Shown here: piece after piece, positions 56,144 through 64,000 of the stretch
How the letters are laid out: each line of letters opens with the position of its first letter
Position numbering within the stretch: position 1 is the first letter of the stretch
From: Candidatus Microgenomates bacterium
GTDB lineage: Bacteria; Patescibacteriota; Microgenomatia; UBA8517
Direction of reading: 5' to 3'
NCBI GenBank assembly: GCA_049523135.1
Contig: JBEKNE010000001.1
Location: 210,095-274,094, forward strand
Length of the DNA: 64,000 bases
Program-made: the position numbers and the translations under genes
The notes under the pieces: generated by a model
What the model was told of the DNA's origin: nothing
What the model saw: only the letters and a program-made list of their open reading frames with translations
The model's database searches: none

Positions 56144-56845
56144 TCAGTAATCTTCCAGATATTTTCCTTCTTTATCGACAATTATTGGTTTGCTGTCACG
56201 AATGATGATTAATCCTTTGCAATCGGAATTGTGTTCGATTTCATTATCAAAAAATTTTTTAACTCTTTCGCGATTTATAGATACAGTTCCCGGTTTACAA
56301 AAATCCACAATTTGATTTGGGGTGAAATAGTGTCCGTCGAGCAGTTGAGTGGCGTTTTCTATAACACCCGCATTTCTGTTTGATACAAGCCGTTGCTTAC
56401 CGAGAGAAATTTTTCCTTGAAAATTAAGGAAATTATTTTCCCATGAATCCGCCGTTAAAAGTATTTTGTCTGGATGAATAACAAATGCTCCAAGAAGACC
56501 GTGTTTAGTTGTTTCAAGTGTTTCTAAGAATATTAATTCTTTATGTTGTTCCGGAAATGATATTTTGGGATTAAAGAGGAGTCCGTTATAAATTTTTGGA
56601 AAGTAAATTATCCTTTTATATTCGCCAATTCTCGTTTCTTCCGAAAGTAGATTATACGGAAGTGCGTGAATTGTGGGATATTTTGTTAAAGTTTTTCTGC
56701 CCGATTCCAATAAAGATTTCAGTTGTGTAGTACTTAGGTTTTGAATGTCGGATATTTCCTGAGCCTTTTTAATCTCTTCTAAAGGCAGAATTTTTATATT
56801 TTCGAAGTCTATTTCTATTGTTCGGGGTGTATTTTCTATGCTCAT
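56144..56845 (-). CDS. Hypothetical protein (233 aa), no recognized domain
   Basis: Clean ORF; soluble. Confidence 0.45.
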   Translation of the reverse strand: MSIENTPRTIEIDFENIKILPLEEIKKAQEISDIQNLSTTQLKSLLESGRKTLTKYPTIHALPYNLLSEETRIGEYKRIIYFPKIYNGLLFNPKISFPEQHKELIFLETLETTKHGLLGAFVIHPDKILLTADSWENNFLNFQGKISLGKQRLVSNRNAGVIENATQLLDGHYFTPNQIVDFCKPGTVSINRERVKKFFDNEIEHNSDCKGLIIIRDSKPIIVDKEGKYLEDY

Positions 56846-56952
56846 TTTCCGGATTTTCTCAATAGATAATAGTCTTTAAAAGCATATTTACAACCCTCAA
56901 ATTTTAACCCGCATTGAAGCGTTCGGCCAGGTATGCTAGCCTGAAGTACCGA

Positions 56953-58119
56953 ATGAAAATAAAAATATTAGTTTACATATTGATTTTAGGATTGGGACTT
57001 TTGGTTGGCGGTTTAATCACACGCAATTATGTCTTGCCGAAGCTTTCTGGGGAAAAAGTAACTCCAATTAATATAATATTTCCCAAAAAAGAAGTGATTG
57101 GATTCCTCCCTTATTGGCTTTTTAGCAAAGCTGACCAGGATTATTCGAAATATATTACGACCTTGACTTATTTCAGTTTGACTGTGGATAAAGACGGCAC
57201 GATTCAAAAGTATACGAAACCCGGGGAAAGCGAACCCGGATATCTGGGACTTCAAAACGGCAAAGCGGACCCTTTCTTAAGTTCCGCCAAAGATAAAGGT
57301 TTAGACTTGTCGTTGGCCGTTTTTAACGGGAATGATGGCGATATTAATGAAATACTGAAAGATCCTGCAACCTCAGCAAATAATTTAACGGGTGAGGTTA
57401 TTCCGATAATGCGGCAGTATGGATTTACCGATTTAAATCTTGATATAGAGCAGACCCAGGATGCGTCTCCCGCGGCAAGAATAAATTTTGTGCAGTTTGT
57501 TCAGGATGTAAAAAATAATTTGGATAACGCCAAAGCGGGGATGCTAAGTATTGATGTGAGTGCAATTTCTTTTGTTAAGGATTCAAATCTTGCCGACCCT
57601 GCTGCTCTTGCCCCAATTGTCGATAAAGTAATTCTTATGGCTTACGATTATCACAGTACGGCTTCTTTTGTAACCGGACCCGTTGCCCCCGCATATGGAG
57701 CCGGAAGCGTTTCGGAACTTGATACAGATTCCGCCATTGCGGCTGCCCTAAAAATAATGCCGACGGAAAAACTTATTTTGGGAATTCCGCTTTACGGTTA
57801 TGAATGGGAAACAATCGGAAATACGGCGCGCTCTGCTGTTATTCCCGGAGCGAGTCTAATAATAAGTAATCAGCGTGCGGAGGATTTTCTTGCCGGTTGT
57901 GCAACCTGTAGCGCTACTTTTGATACAACCGACGAAGAATCGCATATTATTTATGAAACCGGTACGGGAACTTATCAGCAAATATTTTATCCCAATGAAA
58001 ATTCAACTCAGATAAAAGTAAATATGGCAAAAGAATACTCTCTCGGGGGGATTGCTGTCTGGGCGCTTGGCTATGAAGGTAAAACTATTTTAGAACCCCT
58101 TTCCTTGTACCATAATTGA
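56953..58119 (+). CDS. Glycoside hydrolase family 18-like protein (chitinase/YaaH-like), membrane anchored
   Basis: DxxDxDxE-like catalytic motif (FTDLNLDIEQ); N-terminal TM. Confidence 0.7.
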   Translation: MKIKILVYILILGLGLLVGGLITRNYVLPKLSGEKVTPINIIFPKKEVIGFLPYWLFSKADQDYSKYITTLTYFSLTVDKDGTIQKYTKPGESEPGYLGLQNGKADPFLSSAKDKGLDLSLAVFNGNDGDINEILKDPATSANNLTGEVIPIMRQYGFTDLNLDIEQTQDASPAARINFVQFVQDVKNNLDNAKAGMLSIDVSAISFVKDSNLADPAALAPIVDKVILMAYDYHSTASFVTGPVAPAYGAGSVSELDTDSAIAAALKIMPTEKLILGIPLYGYEWETIGNTARSAVIPGASLIISNQRAEDFLAGCATCSATFDTTDEESHIIYETGTGTYQQIFYPNENSTQIKVNMAKEYSLGGIAVWALGYEGKTILEPLSLYHN

Positions 58120-58747
58120 AAGTATAAGTTTGACCGGCTGAGACTTTAACTTCATGGCTTATATAATTCAGATCGTTGAAGGCCAGGGTAGCGCTGCCGG
58201 ATTTGATGGACACCGTTACAATCGGTTTAATGGGATTTCTGGAGACGGTTGCGTCTCCGTTTAACTCCGTAAGAAGCGAGGATACCCTGATGCTAATGGG
58301 GTAGCTTCCGTTTACTATAAATTCTCCCGTGCCGCTAACTTGAGAAAAAACAACATTAGCAGGCAGAGTTTGTATGATGTCTATTTCAGTATTTTTCGAA
58401 TAGTTTATTGTGCATGAGTTTGGAAAAGTAAGAGTAAGACTTCCGCTGGCCCCGGTAGTCAAATTTTCACCCTGTTGAACTGCCTGAGGAGAATTGATTT
58501 GGGAAGATACGGTTGCGGTTCTTCCTTGCCAGTCGACTTCGCCGGACATTGTTGTAATTTCTCCCTTAAGGGACTGGCTTGGTGCATTTTCTATAGAGAA
58601 GGTTGGCGTATTTTTTGTTACGGATATGGCAGTGGGAGTGGGAACTTCCACAATATCCCGGTTTCTACTCTTGTAGAAAAGAAAACCTCCTACGGCAATC
58701 AATAAAACCGGAATGACGGTTAATATTAAGTATTTGGAAGCTTTCAT
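58085..58747 (-). CDS. Hypothetical membrane-anchored Ser/Thr-rich extracellular protein
   Basis: N-terminal TM (LILTVIPVLLIAVGGFLF), beta-rich S/T-rich body. Confidence 0.5.
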   Translation of the reverse strand: MKASKYLILTVIPVLLIAVGGFLFYKSRNRDIVEVPTPTAISVTKNTPTFSIENAPSQSLKGEITTMSGEVDWQGRTATVSSQINSPQAVQQGENLTTGASGSLTLTFPNSCTINYSKNTEIDIIQTLPANVVFSQVSGTGEFIVNGSYPISIRVSSLLTELNGDATVSRNPIKPIVTVSIKSGSATLAFNDLNYISHEVKVSAGQTYTFNYGTRKGVLK

Positions 58748-58820
58748 TTTATATAGTAATTATACTATCATCGCTAAATTTTCATCGTATTTTCAGACTT
58801 CAAAAATAAAATGATTTGAA

Positions 58821-59738
58821 TTGATAAAAAATTGTTTGAAGGTGATTGATGCAAACAAGGCCATCAATATAATAACTTTTGGTTATGTATTTGTTGTTTG
58901 TATCTACATGATTTCCCATAGAATCTGGTTTTCCCCGGATCAGTTTTTTGTTTTTGCCCTAATCGGAGCCACATTTATCGGACGGGCAGGAATTTTTCTA
59001 AAAGACTGGGTGCTTTTTATATTTCCCTACCTGGGTTATGAATTTTTGCGGGGTTTAATTCCCTTTGTCAGTAAAAATGTTCACATTTTTCCGATGATTA
59101 ATATCGACCAATTTATTTTCGGTTTTATCCCGACGGTTAAACTTCAATCCTTGCTTTATAATCCTAACCATCTTATGTGGTATGACTATGTGGCAGTAAC
59201 CCTTTATATTTGTCACTTCGTAACTCCAATGATTGTTGGGTATTTTTTCTGGTTAAAAGACAGGAAGTTTTTCAAAAAATATGCTATTGGAATTCTAGGT
59301 GTTTCTTATGCGGCTTTTATTACATACATTATTTTTCCTGCAATGCCTCCTTGGATGGCCAGCAGTTTTGGTTATATTCCGCCTGTAAAAGAAGTTACCG
59401 GAATAGTTATGTCTCATTTCTTTCCAACAACAATAAAATTGCCGTCAATTTATTCTTTTGTAGGAGGTAACTCTGTTGCGGCAATGCCCTCTCTTCATGC
59501 AGCATTCCCCTTAATGGTATTTTTCTTTCTTTATAAGTGGAATAAAAAGATGGGAATTGCCTTTATTCCTTATGTTTTAGGAGTTTGGTTTGCGGTGATT
59601 TACTTGGGGGAGCACTATTTTATAGATATGGTAATTGGGGCTCTTTACTCAACTGTTATCTTTATAATTATTGAAAAGTTAAGTAACCATGCCAAAGCCA
59701 AGTCTGTTTCTAACAAGAATTTGCTTTTCCGCCTTTGA
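58821..59738 (+). CDS. PAP2 superfamily membrane protein (phosphatase/IPC-synthase-like)
   Basis: Multi-TM with PSLHAAF and GEHYFIDMVIGA (PSGH / SRx5Hx3D-like) motifs. Confidence 0.6.
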   Translation: MIKNCLKVIDANKAINIITFGYVFVVCIYMISHRIWFSPDQFFVFALIGATFIGRAGIFLKDWVLFIFPYLGYEFLRGLIPFVSKNVHIFPMINIDQFIFGFIPTVKLQSLLYNPNHLMWYDYVAVTLYICHFVTPMIVGYFFWLKDRKFFKKYAIGILGVSYAAFITYIIFPAMPPWMASSFGYIPPVKEVTGIVMSHFFPTTIKLPSIYSFVGGNSVAAMPSLHAAFPLMVFFFLYKWNKKMGIAFIPYVLGVWFAVIYLGEHYFIDMVIGALYSTVIFIIIEKLSNHAKAKSVSNKNLLFRL

Positions 59739-59942
59739 TAGATTTTTGATTTTTGCTTCCCTTCTTAAAGCCTCAGATTTTGTTGCGAATTTTTCCTGGT
59801 AAATCAGTTTTATGGGTTTATGGCTTTTTGTGTATTTCGCCCCACGGCCCGAAAAATGTTCTTTAAACCTTTTGGCAACATTATTTGTGGAACCTGTATA
59901 GTAGCTTCCGTCGTGACAGAGGAGAATGTAAGTAAACCACAT
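59679..59942 (-). CDS. GIY-YIG nuclease family protein (small YhbQ/UPF0213-like)
   Basis: FTYILLC.DGSYYTGSTNNVAKRFKEH ... EKFATKSEALRREAKIKNLSKAEK classic GIY-YIG. Confidence 0.85.
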   Translation of the reverse strand: MWFTYILLCHDGSYYTGSTNNVAKRFKEHFSGRGAKYTKSHKPIKLIYQEKFATKSEALRREAKIKNLSKAEKQILVRNRLGFGMVT

Positions 59943-59997
59943 ATTTAAATATTACGCTTAATATTGCGGATTCGTCTAATGGTATACGTTATAATAA

Positions 59998-60804
59998 GTG
60001 ATGCTTAGAAAACCAAGAAAACACTTTTCTTGCAATTTGCTTCCCAGGACTGATCCAAGATATATTATATGGCTTAACAGTTTAAAGAAAAAACGCAGAT
60101 GTGAACCTTGGAATAAGAGTAAAACTAGATTTACTGACAAAAGAATTAAGAAAATATCAGAAACTTTCTTGAGAAAAAAGATTGACAATTTTTCTAACTG
60201 GCGGATTAATGCTAGAAATTCGGGATTAATTCCAAACCCAAACCGATCTTTTAAACATTCCAAAGAGCTAGCATTTTTAATTGGCATGACCTTGGGTGAT
60301 GGTTGCTTACAAAAAATATCCAGAACAGAATCTTTAAGAATTACATTAGGATCGAATAGACCATTATTAATTGCCTACACAGCAAACATAGTTGGAAAAG
60401 TAATCAACAAAAAACCATCGGTTATTAAGCGCAATTGCTCAAACTGTTTTAATGTCACTCTTTATCAAAATAATCTAAGCAAAAGATTAGAAGTACCTTT
60501 GGGTGCCAGGAAAAATTTAAAAATAATGTTACCAAATTGGATTTGGTCAAAAAAATCATTCCTTGTCTCGGCCTTAAGCGGATTGTTTGAAGCTGAGGGA
60601 TCATTCTCAATACATAAACCAACTTATACTTACAATTTTAGTTTTTCTAATGTGAACGTTAGTTTACTTGACGAAGTAGAAAAAGCACTAAAATTATTAA
60701 ATTTTCATCCGGAAAGGAGATCAAAAGAGGTTAGATTAAGAAAAAAAGAGGAAGCTTTAAGGTTTGAAAAACTAATTAGCTTCAGGAATTATCCTCTGAT
60801 ATAA
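59998..60804 (+). CDS. LAGLIDADG-family homing endonuclease (double-motif, freestanding)
   Basis: Two LAGLIDADG motifs, LAFLIGMTLGDGCL and LSGLFEAEGSF, ~100 aa apart; basic N-terminal ~85 aa. Confidence 0.8.
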   Translation: MMLRKPRKHFSCNLLPRTDPRYIIWLNSLKKKRRCEPWNKSKTRFTDKRIKKISETFLRKKIDNFSNWRINARNSGLIPNPNRSFKHSKELAFLIGMTLGDGCLQKISRTESLRITLGSNRPLLIAYTANIVGKVINKKPSVIKRNCSNCFNVTLYQNNLSKRLEVPLGARKNLKIMLPNWIWSKKSFLVSALSGLFEAEGSFSIHKPTYTYNFSFSNVNVSLLDEVEKALKLLNFHPERRSKEVRLRKKEEALRFEKLISFRNYPLI

Positions 60805-60817
60805 TAAGGCGGTATAT

Positions 60818-60892
60818 TGCGGGATCGTCTAACCGGTAGGACACGGCCCCCTGGAGGCTGGTATCGGGGTTCAAATCCCTGTCCCGCAGCCA
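60818..60892 (+). tRNA. tRNA-Gln (anticodon CUG by hand fold), 75 nt with encoded CCA
   Basis: Cloverleaf folds as acceptor TGCGGGA/TCCCGCA (U1-A72) + G73 + CCA, D arm GTCT-AACCGGTA-GGAC, anticodon arm CGGCC-CCCTGGA-GGCTG, T arm CGGGG-TTCAAAT-CCCTG. Position 33 reads C in my fold, which is unusual. Confidence 0.7.
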
Positions 60893-61083
60893 ACACGTGC
60901 ACCCCTGTGACCGTGAAGCCTAGAATAGCCCGAAAATACACTTAAAACTGCTAGTTTTTACCTCAAACATTCGTACTACACGCTCGCTGTTCGGAGAAAG
61001 ACTATAAAAATACAATCAACGTGCACTTAATGAAGTTATAGTGCAGTTATAAAGGAATGGAGTAAAATTATAAGAGTTTAATA

Positions 61084-61149
61084 ATGTTAAAAATCAAAGA
61101 CAAGGGAATAGTTTTAGAAGAAAGTAATTTGGAATCTGAAAAACTTTAA
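61084..61149 (+). pseudogene. Original N-terminal segment of the first GH130 gene, orphaned from its body by a stop and frameshift
   Basis: atgttaaaaatcaaagacaagggaatagtt... = MLKIKDKGIVLEESNLESEKL*, near-identical to the start of the gene at 62124 (MLKIKDEGIILEKTNLEFENK); out of frame (+2) with the ORF at 61155. Confidence 0.6.
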
Positions 61150-61154
61150 ATAAA

Positions 61155-62120
61155 ATGGAAATAGGAGTTGAAAATACGGAAAATGTCACTTTTTCCCCTG
61201 CGATTGAAAAAAATCCGGAAATTAAGGCTGCAATGAGTATGGCAGTAGTTTCTATGGAAGGATACTACGATGCTCTATACAGACAAGTCACTAAAGCAAA
61301 ACCCGGAGAACTAATTCCGGAATCTGTTATAGCTTTTGCATCAAGCCCCAATGGGGTGGATTTCGCAAGAAGCGGAATGGTGCCACTAAAACCAACCACG
61401 GAAATAAATAGTATTGATCGACTAGCAGTAGAAGATCCAACTATTGTGAAATTAGATGGTAAATATTATGTTTTCCATTCTGCCGTCAGTCCGAAAGTAA
61501 GCGGGGAGGGTGTGCAAGTTGCTATCCAGGTGGTAGAAGGAGATTCATTGGGGCATTTGGGGACCGAAAAAAAGGTTGTTCTGACTCCCAAAGATGTCCA
61601 AGATTCTTTGGGCAAAAAAGTTGATATGGTTAAGGAACCGGAATTTTATTTCGGTAAAGACGGACTTTGGCATATGATTTACGAACACACAGGAAGAGGG
61701 ATTTCGGAAATTGCAACTGCCGAAAGCCCCCAATTGACCGGTCCGTATAGGAATAACCGTCCCCTTATGGAAGTTCGCCCGAATGCCTGGGACTCCCAAC
61801 ACCTTAGTCCCGGCCCACTGCTTTTTACTTCAAAAGGGGACATTTTAATGTTTTACAACGGCAGAGGCCCCAAAAGTTCTGAGGATCAAACGCCAAGTTG
61901 GTCGATCGGACATGTTATTATTGACGCTAGTACGGGGGTTGTCAGTGACCGCGCAGAGTCCCCAATTATTCGACCTTCCGATGAAATTGGTCCGGAAAAT
62001 CAGCTGATCTCATTTGCCAATTCAATAACATCAACCGAAGGAACCAAAAACAACAGACTTTATTATACGGTAGCCGATACGCGTTCAGCCGTTGCCAGTA
62101 TTTTTATAAACGGTATATAA
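61155..62120 (+). CDS. GH130-family (DUF377) glycosidase/phosphorylase-like protein, paralog 1 (N-terminus possibly disrupted)
   Basis: Beta-propeller GH130-like motifs (EDPTIV..DGKYY, ...WSIGHVIID); upstream orphan N-terminal fragment. Confidence 0.65.
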   Translation: MEIGVENTENVTFSPAIEKNPEIKAAMSMAVVSMEGYYDALYRQVTKAKPGELIPESVIAFASSPNGVDFARSGMVPLKPTTEINSIDRLAVEDPTIVKLDGKYYVFHSAVSPKVSGEGVQVAIQVVEGDSLGHLGTEKKVVLTPKDVQDSLGKKVDMVKEPEFYFGKDGLWHMIYEHTGRGISEIATAESPQLTGPYRNNRPLMEVRPNAWDSQHLSPGPLLFTSKGDILMFYNGRGPKSSEDQTPSWSIGHVIIDASTGVVSDRAESPIIRPSDEIGPENQLISFANSITSTEGTKNNRLYYTVADTRSAVASIFINGI

Positions 62121-62123
62121 ATA

Positions 62124-63149
62124 ATGTTAAAAATCAAAGATGAGGGAATAATTTTAGAGAAAACAAATTTAGAATTTGAAAATAAGGCTGTACTAAATCC
62201 TGCTTGCATCCAGGTGGGTGACATAACTCATATGTTCTATCGAGCAGTTAACCAAAATGATATTTCCTCCATAGGTTATTGCCAACTAAAGGATAATAAG
62301 GTGATTAAAAGGTTTGATAAGCCGATTCTTTTTCCCGAATTCGATTATGAAAAAGATGGACTGGAAGATCCAAGAATTACTTATTTGGACGGAGTCTACT
62401 ATCTTTTTTTTACGGTCTATGACGGCAATGACGCTCTCATTTCCTACGCCACAAGCAGTGATCTTATTCATTTCGTCAAACAAGGTCTTATTTCACCTAA
62501 GATTTCCTACGATGAAGCAGAAGATATTTTTCGCGGATCGGGGATCAGGGAAAGGTATTCAATGTTTGAGATGTATTATAAAGAAAAAGGGGGCAAGAAC
62601 ATCCTGCTGTTTGAAAAAGATGCCTCTCTTTTTCCCCAAAAAATAAATAACAAATTCGCTCTTCTTCATAGAATTTTACCCGGAATTCAAATCATTTATT
62701 TTGACAGCTTTTCAGACCTTACTGATAACCACTGGCGTGATTATTTAAAGAGTTTGGGTGATTTTATTGTGCTTGATCCTCTCTTTTGGTTTGAAAACCG
62801 CAATGTCGGCGGTGGTTGCCCACCTATTGAAACGGAAGATGGATGGCTCATTATCTATCACTCAGTAGAAGATACGCCTTTAGGAAAAATCTATCATGCT
62901 GCTGCCGCACTTCTTGATCGTAAAAATCCTCTGAAAGTTTTAGGACGGTTATCGGAGCCTCTGTTTTCCCCGGAAACTTCCTGGGAAAAAGGTGGCGGTA
63001 CAAGTAATGTTGTCTTTCCTACCGGTGCAGTAATACAAGGTAAAAGACTTTTTATTTATTACGGGGCTGCCGATAAATTAATTGCCGCAAAATCCATTGA
63101 TCTTTTAGAACTCCTATCTGAGCTCAAGAAAAGCTCATTAAAATTATGA
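62124..63149 (+). CDS. GH130-family (DUF377) glycosidase/phosphorylase-like protein, paralog 2
   Basis: LEDPRITYLDGVYYLFFT, ...YYGAADKLIAAKSID GH130-like. Confidence 0.7.
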   Translation: MLKIKDEGIILEKTNLEFENKAVLNPACIQVGDITHMFYRAVNQNDISSIGYCQLKDNKVIKRFDKPILFPEFDYEKDGLEDPRITYLDGVYYLFFTVYDGNDALISYATSSDLIHFVKQGLISPKISYDEAEDIFRGSGIRERYSMFEMYYKEKGGKNILLFEKDASLFPQKINNKFALLHRILPGIQIIYFDSFSDLTDNHWRDYLKSLGDFIVLDPLFWFENRNVGGGCPPIETEDGWLIIYHSVEDTPLGKIYHAAAALLDRKNPLKVLGRLSEPLFSPETSWEKGGGTSNVVFPTGAVIQGKRLFIYYGAADKLIAAKSIDLLELLSELKKSSLKL

Positions 63150-64000
63150 AACCCGATCAGCAAGATAAATCTTTAATAGTATTTCTTTCCACCTTTCCGC
63201 CGCGGCAATGTGGAATAGCCACCTTTACTGCCGATCTTGCCGATACCGTTGACCGAATGTTTAGTCCGTTTATTGAATCAAAAGTTGTTGCCATGAATGT
63301 GAATGATATAAGTCACTTGCCTTATTCAAACAGAGTAATTTTTCAAATAAGCCAGACTAATGAAAAAGATTATATTGATGCGGCCTTAAAGCTTAACGAG
63401 CTCGAGAAAGTTAAACTAATTAACATTCAGCATGAGTTTGGCATTTTTGGAGGTGAATATGGTTCAAATTTAATTCTTTTTCTGGAAAAAATTAAAAAGC
63501 CGGTTATTGTTACATTCCATACCGTTCTCCCCACTCCGGATGAAAAAATGTTAAATGTGGTTCGAAACATAGCAAAATATTCTAAAGGGATTGTTGTTAT
63601 GACTCAATATTCAAAAGAACTATTAGAGAAAAATTACGGTTTAAATCCCAACCAAATTCAAATTATTCCGCATGGTATTCATAATGTTCCCTATAAAACC
63701 AGTCAATACGCAAAATCAGTCCTTGGTTTTTCCACCAAACTGATTCTTTCAACCTTTGGCCTGTTAAGTTCAACAAAAGGAATTGAATATGTAATAGAGG
63801 CTTTACCACCTGTTGTAAAAAAATTTCCAAACATTCAATTTATTGTTGCCGGTGTTACTCATCCGGTGGTTTTGGAACAGGAAGGAGAAAAATACCGCAA
63901 TTTCCTTATAAATAAAGTTTATGAGCTTAATCTAAGTAAGTATGTCTTATTTTTTAACACATATTTTAATACAAATGAGCTTCTTAGAATTCTGGAAGCT
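63146..64000 (+). CDS. Glycosyltransferase family 4 (partial, continues past window end)
   Basis: GT-B N-terminal domain pattern; ATGA overlap with the preceding stop. Confidence 0.7.
   Translation, partial: MKPDQQDKSLIVFLSTFPPRQCGIATFTADLADTVDRMFSPFIESKVVAMNVNDISHLPYSNRVIFQISQTNEKDYIDAALKLNELEKVKLINIQHEFGIFGGEYGSNLILFLEKIKKPVIVTFHTVLPTPDEKMLNVVRNIAKYSKGIVVMTQYSKELLEKNYGLNPNQIQIIPHGIHNVPYKTSQYAKSVLGFSTKLILSTFGLLSSTKGIEYVIEALPPVVKKFPNIQFIVAGVTHPVVLEQEGEKYRNFLINKVYELNLSKYVLFFNTYFNTNELLRILEA

Noticed and set aside
59943-60817. Group I intron housing the LAGLIDADG ORF
   Set aside because: No split host gene is visible on the flanks: the GIY-YIG gene and tRNA-Gln both look intact, and I could not see P/Q/R/S-like conserved elements by eye; this is left as a check.

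Overview
This window is a gene-dense (about 90% coding), low-GC bacterial segment; the gene content hints at a small-genome, CPR/Patescibacteria-like lineage, which is a hedged impression. All calls below are hand-made from the sequence and the six-frame ORF track, with no database searches. The first ~16 kb is a long ribosomal-protein supercluster on the + strand, running rplC-rplD-rplW-rplB-rpsS-rplV-rpsC-rplP-rpmC-rpsQ-rplN-rplX-rplE-rpsZ-rpsH-rplF-rplR-rpsE-rplO, then secY-adk-map-infA-rpmJ-rpsM-rpsK-rpsD-rpoA-rplQ-rplM-rpsI. There is no rpsJ upstream of rplC, no rpmD/L30, and L24 and S14 carry zinc ribbons. The rplO-secY junction, normally invariant, holds an antisense two-gene cassette with strong Shine-Dalgarno (SD) sites and its own terminator, and rplO is cut to a 90-aa N-terminal stub. 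After the cluster come an unknown 366-aa protein, a small zinc-ribbon gene, and a promoter-equipped tRNA-Pro(GGG)-like gene. Immediately next to that tRNA-like gene is a homing-endonuclease-like ORF (zinc fingers + HEARO repeat + Vsr/DUF559-like nuclease). Further on are recA and recX (split by an antisense unknown gene), RNase Y, HU, an ABC-2 transporter, miaA and an AI-2E permease. Between the AI-2E permease and a P-type ATPase sits an RNase P RNA gene (rnpB) on the minus strand, not in the ORF track, with the P4/CR-I/CR-V signatures and an extended -10 promoter. Downstream are dtd, a CAP-domain protein, an Nth-like glycosylase, an unlisted 45-aa zinc-ribbon gene, DUF4446, DUF3048, secDF, cca, recJ, aspS, a D-Ala-D-Ala carboxypeptidase, gltX, a MacAB-like efflux set, bcp, cell-envelope enzymes, and tandem GH130 paralogs where the upstream copy's N-terminal ~22 codons are separated from its body by a stop and a frameshift. 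Near the 3' end a freestanding double-motif LAGLIDADG endonuclease sits 13 bp upstream of tRNA-Gln and next to a small GIY-YIG nuclease. The most unusual observations are the rplO-secY cassette, the two tRNA-associated homing-endonuclease-like genes, the compact rnpB, and an attenuator-like antisense leader with small Cys-rich ORFs upstream of aspS.
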